A stretch of DNA of 64,000 nucleotides. It comes from Pseudomonadota bacterium. Its GTDB lineage: Bacteria; Desulfobacterota; Desulfobulbia; Desulfobulbales; SURF-16. Positions 57,597-64,000 of this stretch are shown one piece after another. The stretch is taken from assembly GCA_018816555.1 (NCBI GenBank), contig JAHIVT010000008.1:723-64722 (forward strand). The letters are read 5' to 3'. The first letter of the stretch is position 1; each line of letters begins with the position of its first letter. The translations under genes were made by a program, and so were the position numbers. Below the pieces are notes generated by a model. It was not told the DNA's origin, did not search any database, and saw only the letters and a program-made list of their open reading frames with translations.

Positions 57597-57624
57597 ACCT
57601 GTAAGTAGTTAATATCATACAGGT
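57597..57624. promoter_or_regulatory. 7-bp perfect inverted repeat in the divergent promoter region (candidate operator)
   Basis: acctgta (57597-57603) and tacaggt (57618-57624), separated by 14 AT-rich nt. It lies between the DtxR-like gene and the phosphoesterase gene. Confidence 0.3.
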
Positions 57625-57636
57625 GGGATCATTTCT

Positions 57637-58560
57637 ATGCCAGGTTTTTTTGATAAAAGCAGAAAAAAGCCGAGCAAGCAAAGGCAATATCGTCTTTTTT
57701 CATGTAAAGCATGCAGGCTGCGGAAACAATATTTTTTTTTGCTGCCTTTTTTTATCTTATTATTATTAGCCGGTTACGGTTATTTTGTCGAGCCAAACAG
57801 CATCAGGGTTGAACAGGTGGTGATCCCGGATGAATATCTGCATCAGGCCTGGGGCGATGCGAGAATTGTCCAGCTCTCCGATCTGCATATTGACAAGATC
57901 GGACAAAGGGACAAAAAGGTTCTCCAGCTGCTGACGGATATCAAACCCGATCTCATTGTCATTACCGGCGATATTGCTCAATGGAATACGGACCCGCAGG
58001 TTGCTCTGCAATTTCTGGAAAGACTTACGGCCCCGCTGGGTGTGTACGGCATCCTCGGTGATTCCGATATTTCCAGTGGAAGACGCTCTTGCATTTTCTG
58101 CCATGCCGGGGGTAATGTGCATCAGTTGCGGCAGCATCCGCGCATGCTGAAAAACAGCTCAGTGGAAATCACTGTTCCCGCCACCGGTAAAAAAGTGACC
58201 ATTGCCGGAGTCTTCCCCACGGATGATAATGCCGGTCTGTCCGCCCTGGTTGACCACTTGGGGCAAACAGCGGAACCAGTATTGCTGCTGGATCATTTTT
58301 CCGAGGGATGGCAACAGATCCGCCATAAAGGCCCTTTGCTGTGGCTTGCCGGAGATACCCATGGCGGACAGATTGACCTGCCGGACTTTCTCTGGCGCGA
58401 CACTTATCTGGTGGATTATCCGAGGTACATGGCCGGACTTTTTTCCGCATCCGGGCATAAATGGCTTTATGTGAACCGAGGCATCGGCACGGTGTCCTAT
58501 TTCCCTTTCAGAATAGGCGTGCCGCCAGAAATTACCGTCATATCCTTTAAAGATAAGTAA
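57637..58560 (+). CDS. membrane-anchored calcineurin-like metallophosphoesterase
   Basis: One N-terminal TM helix (FFLLPFFILLLLAGYGYF), then VQLSDLHID, ITGDIA, GDSD and GDTHGGQ. Confidence 0.8.
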   Translation: MPGFFDKSRKKPSKQRQYRLFSCKACRLRKQYFFLLPFFILLLLAGYGYFVEPNSIRVEQVVIPDEYLHQAWGDARIVQLSDLHIDKIGQRDKKVLQLLTDIKPDLIVITGDIAQWNTDPQVALQFLERLTAPLGVYGILGDSDISSGRRSCIFCHAGGNVHQLRQHPRMLKNSSVEITVPATGKKVTIAGVFPTDDNAGLSALVDHLGQTAEPVLLLDHFSEGWQQIRHKGPLLWLAGDTHGGQIDLPDFLWRDTYLVDYPRYMAGLFSASGHKWLYVNRGIGTVSYFPFRIGVPPEITVISFKDK

Positions 58561-59127
58561 ATGAAAAATCCGGTAAGATATTGGCTGGGATTGCCTCTTG
58601 TCATCATACTGACAAGCGGGGGAGGCTGTACGACGGACACACCTCAGGCAGAACCGGTCAGAACACTTTTTGATTTTGAAAAAACTGCAGAGCTTGATCA
58701 GCTTCACTGGCAATGCGGCGCGTTTATGGAGCAGGACAAACAGTATGCCGCCTCCGGGCAATACAGCCTGCGGGTGGATATGTATCCCAGTACCGAATAT
58801 CCCGGCTTCAAGGCTGGTTTTACACAAGGCTGGCAGGGGTATAAAAAGCTGCTTGTCGATATATATCATCCCGGTTCAAATGAGATGACAATTGCCTATA
58901 GAATCGATGACCGTGATGATAATCCGTCCTTTGCCGACCGGGCAAACGGTCGTATCGTCTTACAGCCGGGCGCGAATATTTTCACCCTTGATCTGGAAAA
59001 TCTGAAAACATCCGGGACAGGCAGAAAGCTTAATCTGGAAAAGATCAGCGGTCTGTACCTCTTTGTTCATCGACCACCGCAACCGGTCACCCTGTACCTG
59101 GACAATGTGCGGTTGGTTCGTCAGTAA
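58561..59127 (+). CDS. putative lipoprotein / exported beta-rich protein
   Basis: The ATG immediately follows the upstream stop. Signal-like N-terminus with LTSGGGC. No family recognised. Confidence 0.55.
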   Translation: MKNPVRYWLGLPLVIILTSGGGCTTDTPQAEPVRTLFDFEKTAELDQLHWQCGAFMEQDKQYAASGQYSLRVDMYPSTEYPGFKAGFTQGWQGYKKLLVDIYHPGSNEMTIAYRIDDRDDNPSFADRANGRIVLQPGANIFTLDLENLKTSGTGRKLNLEKISGLYLFVHRPPQPVTLYLDNVRLVRQ

Positions 59128-59159
59128 AAGAAAAGACAAAAAACTAAGGAGAGAGAGCA

Positions 59160-59555
59160 ATGACTCTGCAGGAGAAGATAAAAAGCGATTTGAAGGTGTC
59201 CATGAAGGCCAAGACCGAGGCGAGAACCTCTGCCCTGAGGGTGTTGATCGGCGAGTTTCAGCGCCAGGTGAAAAAGGAACTGGCTGATGCCGAAGTGGTT
59301 GCCATCATCCGCAAGCTGATAAAATCAGAGGCGGAAACCCTGGAAAAAAAGGGGGAAGGACCCTCGGAATACATGCAGATTCTGGAGAGTTATCTGCCGA
59401 AACAGGCAACTGAAGCTGAAATCAGGGCATGGATCGAAAAAAATATTGATTTCAGCAAGTTTCCGAGCAAAATGCAGGCGATGAAACCGATTATGGCAAA
59501 CTTTGCCGGCATGACTGACGGCAACACGGTAAAACGGATTCTGGAGAGCCTGTAG
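59160..59555 (+). CDS. yqeY: GatB/YqeY domain protein
   Basis: LQEKIKSDLKVSMKAKTEARTSALRVLIGEFQR is a typical YqeY N-terminus. 131 aa. Confidence 0.85.
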   Translation: MTLQEKIKSDLKVSMKAKTEARTSALRVLIGEFQRQVKKELADAEVVAIIRKLIKSEAETLEKKGEGPSEYMQILESYLPKQATEAEIRAWIEKNIDFSKFPSKMQAMKPIMANFAGMTDGNTVKRILESL

Positions 59556-59603
59556 GGGTGCCCCTTGTGGGTACCCTTAGGCCGGACTGCCCGTTGGGTG
59601 CCC
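59556..59603. repeat. GC-rich element with three GGGT(G/A)CCC cores
   Basis: GGGTGCCC at 59556-59563, GGGTACCC at 59569-59576 and GGGTGCCC at 59596-59603, directly after the yqeY stop. Confidence 0.4.
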
Positions 59604-59635
59604 ATCGGGAAAAATAACAGGCGGTAGGGTACTGC

Positions 59636-59661
59636 AAGGGGCGGTTCGCGAACCGCCCTTT
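59636..59661. terminator. bidirectional hairpin between the convergent yqeY and pstB genes
   Basis: Perfect 20-nt palindrome gggcggttcgcgaaccgccc (59639-59658). It abuts the pstB stop codon. The flanking U-runs are weak. Confidence 0.55.
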
Positions 59662-60544
59662 AACCGAAACGGCCGGTGATATAATCCTCTGTCAGCTGAT
59701 GGCGGGGATTGGTGAAGATCCGGTCGGTCTTGCCCACTTCAATCAGGTCGCCCAAATGAAAGTAGGCGGTCCGCTGGGAAACGCGGGCTGCCTGCTGCAT
59801 GGAGTGGGTGACAATAACAATGGAATAGTGCTCGCACAGTTCGGCGATGAGTTCCTCGATCTTGGCCGTGGCGATTGGGTCAAGGGCGGAACACGGCTCG
59901 TCCATGAGGATCACCTCCGGGCTGACGGCAATGGCCCGGGCAATACATAAGCGCTGCTGCTGGCCGCCGGATAGACCGGTGCCCGGCTGATTCAATCTGT
60001 CCTTCGCCTCTTCCCACAGCCCGGCTTTTTTCAGCGAGGCTTCAACGATTTCCTCAAGCTCTGATTTATTCTGCACCAGACCGTGAATTTTCGGGCCATA
60101 GGCTACATTGTCAAAAATAGACTTGGGGAAGGGGTTCGGTTTCTGAAAAACCATACCCACTCTGGCCCGCAGGGGTACAACGTCCACGTTCCTGTCATGA
60201 ATATCCATGCCGTCCAATCTGATGTCGCCGGTCACCCGGCAACCCTCAATGGTGTCGTTCATGCGGTTCAGGCAGCGGAGAAAGGTTGACTTGCCGCAGC
60301 CTGAGGGTCCTATCATGGCAATCACTTCGTGGCGGGCAATGTCGATGTTGACATTATTGATCGCCTTTTTTTCACCATAATAGACATTGACCTCTCGGCA
60401 GGTCATGCGCGGGTTTTCGACAAAGGGATCGCCTACCGTTTCACGTGCTTTATGGAGAGTCTTGCTTGTAACTTCCGACAAAATTTTTTCCTTAGGGGCA
60501 GTGGCTAAAATACCTGACTCGGCTGTTTGAAATAAGGATTCCAT
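59660..60544 (-). CDS. pstB: phosphate ABC transporter ATP-binding protein PstB
   Basis: [51 protein letters not shown] and [11 protein letters not shown]. The N-terminal roughly 35 aa extension is uncertain. Confidence 0.95.
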   Translation of the reverse strand: MESLFQTAESGILATAPKEKILSEVTSKTLHKARETVGDPFVENPRMTCREVNVYYGEKKAINNVNIDIARHEVIAMIGPSGCGKSTFLRCLNRMNDTIEGCRVTGDIRLDGMDIHDRNVDVVPLRARVGMVFQKPNPFPKSIFDNVAYGPKIHGLVQNKSELEEIVEASLKKAGLWEEAKDRLNQPGTGLSGGQQQRLCIARAIAVSPEVILMDEPCSALDPIATAKIEELIAELCEHYSIVIVTHSMQQAARVSQRTAYFHLGDLIEVGKTDRIFTNPRHQLTEDYITGRFG

Positions 60545-60576
60545 TGGATGGTGAATATTTGCTCAATTGTATACCA

Positions 60577-60626
60577 CAGAGATCAGGAGCGACACAAAGA
60601 AAAAAATGTGTTTGCCCTGATCTCTG
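60577..60626. repeat. intercistronic stem-loop between pstS and pstB
   Basis: Perfect 11-bp arms cagagatcagg (60577-60587) and cctgatctctg (60616-60626), plus an inner 5-bp acaca/tgtgt pairing. No U-run. Confidence 0.7.
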
Positions 60627-60665
60627 CAGCCGTCATTTCCCTATAAAAAAAGTGGAAAAACGTTT

Positions 60666-61724
60666 TTATTTGTCCTGTTTCATGGTCAACGGTTTGAGAT
60701 CTTTTGCCTGTTCTGCGAAATGTTCACTCTCCGTCTTGTCCATGGGAATCATCCCCTTGTCAGCCAGATAGCCCTCATTGCCCCAGGCCTTATCACTGGT
60801 GAATTCAGCCAGATATTCCTTGATGCCGGGAATAACGTCCACATGGGCCTTCTTGACATAGAAGAAGAGCGGACGGGAAACAGGGTATTTGCCGGAGGCA
60901 ATATTTTCAAAGGTCGGCGATTCGTTCTCAATAAGGGAACCCTGGATCATGTCCGCATTCTGGTCGAGAAAACTGAAACCGAAAATACCCACTGCATGGG
61001 GGTTGGCCTCAAGTTTCTGGACGATGAGGTTGTCGTTTTCCCCGGCCTCGATATAGACTCCGTCTTCACGGACGGTCTGGGTGGTTGCCTTGAACATGTT
61101 TTTGTCCTTCTTTTCCATGTCATGGATAAAGGGAAATGATTTAGCCCCGGTTTCCATGGTAAGTTCAACAAACGCATCCCGGGTGCCGGAGGTGGGGGGA
61201 GGTCCAAGTACCTCAATTTTTTCATTCGGCAGGGCGGGGTCAATATCTTTCCAGGTTTTGTAGGGGTTGGGTACCAGTTTGTCGCCGCCTTTGGGATCAG
61301 GTACGTTTTTGGCCAGGGCCAGAAAGATATCTTTCCTGGTCAGTTTCAACGGCGCGCTTTTTTTGGAATTGGCGAAAACAATGCCGTCATAGCCGATTTT
61401 TATCTCGACGATGTCTTTGACCCCGTTTGACTGGCAGGAGTCATACTCGGACTGCTTGATGGCGCGTGAGGCATTGGTGATATCCGGATACTGGACACCG
61501 ACGCCGCTGCAGAAGAGCTTGAAGCCGCCGCCGGTACCGGTGGACTCGATTTTCGGTGTCCTGAAATTCGTGGTCTTGCCGAACTGTTCGGCAACCACCG
61601 TGGAAAATGGATAGACCGTTGAGGAACCAACGATGCTGATGTAATCACGACCGGCCGCCTGGGCCGATGAGCCGGCGAACATGCCGGCAATGAGTGCTGA
61701 TGCCAACAGAATACCTTTTTTCAT
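60666..61724 (-). CDS. pstS: phosphate ABC transporter substrate-binding protein (PstS family)
   Basis: Signal peptide MKKGILLASALIAGMFAGSSAQA, then IVGSSTVYPF and STGTGGGFKLF. The start was set at ATG 61724, which has the RBS aaggaga. Confidence 0.9.
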   Translation of the reverse strand: MKKGILLASALIAGMFAGSSAQAAGRDYISIVGSSTVYPFSTVVAEQFGKTTNFRTPKIESTGTGGGFKLFCSGVGVQYPDITNASRAIKQSEYDSCQSNGVKDIVEIKIGYDGIVFANSKKSAPLKLTRKDIFLALAKNVPDPKGGDKLVPNPYKTWKDIDPALPNEKIEVLGPPPTSGTRDAFVELTMETGAKSFPFIHDMEKKDKNMFKATTQTVREDGVYIEAGENDNLIVQKLEANPHAVGIFGFSFLDQNADMIQGSLIENESPTFENIASGKYPVSRPLFFYVKKAHVDVIPGIKEYLAEFTSDKAWGNEGYLADKGMIPMDKTESEHFAEQAKDLKPLTMKQDK

Positions 61725-61756
61725 TGATTTCTCCTTTGTAAAATTATGAAAAATTA

Positions 61757-63031
61757 TTACCACTTGATTTCAAATCGTTTTCTGAGAAAGATTGCCACGG
61801 CGTTCATCAGAAAGAGAAAGACCAGCAGAACCATGATGGCGGCCGAGGTCTTTTCCATAAAGGCACGCTCCGGACTGTCGGACCAGAGATAAATCTGGAC
61901 GGGCAGCACGGTGGCCGGGTCGGTAAAACCCTGGGGGATATCAACAATAAATGCCACCATGCCCACCATAAGCAGCGGAGCTGTCTCGCCCAGGGCATGG
62001 GCCATGCCGATAATGGTGCCGGTCAGCATGCCGGGCAGCGCCAGGGGCAGAACGTGATGGGCGACCATCTGCATTTTCGAGGCGCCGATACCCAGCGCCG
62101 CCTCGCGGATGGAAGGGGGTACCGATTTCAGCGAGGCGCGGCTGGCAATGATGATGATCGGCAAAGTCATGAGGGTCAGGACCAGACCGCCCACCACCGG
62201 GGTTGAGCGGGGCATGCCGAAGAAGTTGATGAAAACGGCGAGGCCCAGCAGACCGTAAACTATGGAGGGCACGGCAGCCAGATTGTTGATATTGACCTCA
62301 ATGATATCCGTCCATCTGTTTTTCGGAGCAAATTCCTCAAGGTAGACGGCAGCGGCCACGCCAATGGGAAAGGAGAGGGACAGGGTGATCAACAGGGTAT
62401 AAAACGAGCCGCAGGTTGCTCCCCAGATGCCGGCCTGTTCCGGTTCCCGTGAATCGCCGAGGGTAAAGAAAGCCATGTTGAAGGTTTTTTTAATCTTTCC
62501 CTCACCGGCTAATGTATCCAGCCAGGCCAGTTGTTTGTCGTTTATGCGCCGTTCGGATTCGGGCCGCGTTCTGTCGATGTTTCCCTTTAACAGCATGTCC
62601 ACATCATCATTGGCCGAAACCCAGATCCGCTCCTTTTGCCCGATAAGGGCCGGGTTGTTTTTGATCAGTTTCATAAGCTGAAAAGAGGCACCCGGACTGA
62701 TCAGATAGTAGAGATCCTTTTTGTCCCTTCTGGCGGTCACCTCGGGGAACCTGGAACTCATTGATGCCTTGATCAGGGCCGGGAAATTTGCGGTGGCAAG
62801 ATTCTCATTGGTAAATTCAGCCGGATCAAAAAAGACGTCGATCTGGATGAATGTCTTTTGGAACGCCTTGTAACCGCTCGAAACGATAGAGAAAAAAAGG
62901 ATAAATAGAAAGCAGAGCGCCGCAAAAACCGCGGTGGCGCCGCATAACCTGAAGCGCCGTTCCGCACGATAGCGGCGCTTGAGCCCCCTGTTCACCTTGT
63001 CAATGGCCGGATTCGTTGCCGGTTGATCCAT
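61757..63031 (-). CDS. pstA: phosphate ABC transporter permease PstA (long form)
   Basis: N-terminal TM plus a roughly 150-aa periplasmic insert, then a permease core with the EAA-like loop IREAALGIGASKMQMV. Confidence 0.9.
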   Translation of the reverse strand: MDQPATNPAIDKVNRGLKRRYRAERRFRLCGATAVFAALCFLFILFFSIVSSGYKAFQKTFIQIDVFFDPAEFTNENLATANFPALIKASMSSRFPEVTARRDKKDLYYLISPGASFQLMKLIKNNPALIGQKERIWVSANDDVDMLLKGNIDRTRPESERRINDKQLAWLDTLAGEGKIKKTFNMAFFTLGDSREPEQAGIWGATCGSFYTLLITLSLSFPIGVAAAVYLEEFAPKNRWTDIIEVNINNLAAVPSIVYGLLGLAVFINFFGMPRSTPVVGGLVLTLMTLPIIIIASRASLKSVPPSIREAALGIGASKMQMVAHHVLPLALPGMLTGTIIGMAHALGETAPLLMVGMVAFIVDIPQGFTDPATVLPVQIYLWSDSPERAFMEKTSAAIMVLLVFLFLMNAVAIFLRKRFEIKW

Positions 63032-63054
63032 AAGAAAACCTCAGCAAGCCTTGT

Positions 63055-64000
63055 TTATTCGTATTGTTCCCTGTACTTGCGCACCACATACAGGGCAATG
63101 ATGTTCAGTACCAGGGTGAAGATAAAGAGAAGCAGTCCCAGGGCAAAAGCGGCCAGGGTTTTCGGGCTGTCAAATTCCTGATCACCCACCAGCAGGGTAA
63201 CGATCTGCACGGTGACGGTGGTGACCGCCTTCAACGGATTGGCCGTCAGGTTGGCGGACAGACCGGCCGCCATGACTACAATCATTGTTTCGCCGATGGC
63301 CCGCGATACGGCAAGCAGAACGCCGCCCACAATACCGGGCAGGGCGGCAGGGACAACCACGTTGCTGATGGTCTCATATTTTGTCGCTCCCAGGGCCAGG
63401 GAACCGTCCCGCATGGTCTGGGGTACGGCATGGATAACATCGTCAGACAGCGACGAAACAAAGGGGATAATCATGATGCCCATGACCAGTCCTGCGGCCA
63501 GGGCGCTTTCCGAGGAGACGGACAGACCGAATATACCGCCGGTATCGCGGATAAAAGGCGCCACGGTGAGTGCGGCAAAAAAGCCGTAGACAACCGTGGG
63601 GATGCCTGCCAGAATTTCAAGCAGCGGTTTGGCGATGGTCCGGAAACGGTTGCCCGCGTACTCGGAGAGATAAATTGCCGACATGAGGCCGATGGGCACG
63701 GCAACAAGCATGGCGATAAAGGCGATCATGGCCGTACCGGCGAAAACCGGTACAGCGCCGAAGGCCCCTGAAGAACCGACCTGATCGCTGCGCATGGCGG
63801 TCTGGGGACTCCAGGAGAGACCAAAGAGAAAATCGGTTAAGGGTATGGCCTTGAAAAACCGGATGGACTCAAAGAGAACGGACAGGACAATCCCCACCGT
63901 GATGAGGATGGCGATGGCTGAGCTCAGGAAAAGAAAAAGTTGAATAAGCTTTTCCACCTTGTTCCGCGCCTTGAGTGCCGGTGATATCCGGTTGCGGATG
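63055..64000 (-). CDS. pstC: phosphate ABC transporter permease PstC (N-terminus probably beyond the window end)
   Basis: Permease core with MRDGSLALGATKYETI. The track start is a GTG at 63957, but the frame stays open to base 64000 (..IRNRISPALKARNK-VEKLIQ). Confidence 0.88.
   Translation of the reverse strand, partial: IRNRISPALKARNKVEKLIQLFLFLSSAIAILITVGIVLSVLFESIRFFKAIPLTDFLFGLSWSPQTAMRSDQVGSSGAFGAVPVFAGTAMIAFIAMLVAVPIGLMSAIYLSEYAGNRFRTIAKPLLEILAGIPTVVYGFFAALTVAPFIRDTGGIFGLSVSSESALAAGLVMGIMIIPFVSSLSDDVIHAVPQTMRDGSLALGATKYETISNVVVPAALPGIVGGVLLAVSRAIGETMIVVMAAGLSANLTANPLKAVTTVTVQIVTLLVGDQEFDSPKTLAAFALGLLLFIFTLVLNIIALYVVRKYREQYE

Overview
A 64 kb chromosomal segment with about 60 protein genes and one tRNA. 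The gene content looks like an anaerobic Desulfobacterota-type bacterium (SelB, hemerythrin-MCP, polyferredoxin, sigma-54 NtrYX); this is inference only.

Housekeeping genes: typA, selB, hflX, hemB, hisB, tRNA-Gly(GCC), rplM-rpsI, argC, truA, an aspartate aminotransferase, ttcA, and pstC-pstA-pstS-pstB.

The window is rich in signalling genes:
- c-di-GMP parts: HD-GYP, a GGDEF-PilZ fusion and a stand-alone PilZ.
- DUF4390-NtrY-NtrX.
- A long minus-strand chemotaxis operon: mcp-cheW-cheA-cheR-cheD-cheB-HEAT/REC-ychJ-phosphoesterase.
- A separate cheX next to a soluble hemerythrin-MCP.

I found no rRNA, CRISPR array, prophage or intact IS element.

The left roughly 2.5 kb is visibly AT-richer and gene-poor. 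It may be the edge of an accessory island.

Most interesting candidates, all unproven:
1. An operon pairing a 532-aa protein of unknown family (weak kinase-like motifs) with a DUF89 phosphatase-family gene.
2. Next to it, a textbook sigma-54 promoter with a long structured leader in front of a Cys-rich 140-aa protein.
3. An IS200/RAYT-like HUH domain that ends before the usual catalytic-Tyr helix, is fused to a zinc ribbon, and is translationally coupled inside the hflX to ntrYX gene string.
4. A ClpX-like unfoldase with no zinc-binding domain, a duplicated lid-like C-terminus and a possible sigma-54 promoter.
5. A GGDEF-PilZ fusion divergent from a mini-protein resembling the FliF C-terminal tail.
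6. A che operon whose only non-CheB receiver is a HEAT-repeat/REC fusion.

Many long antisense ORFs in the track are shadow ORFs and were rejected.
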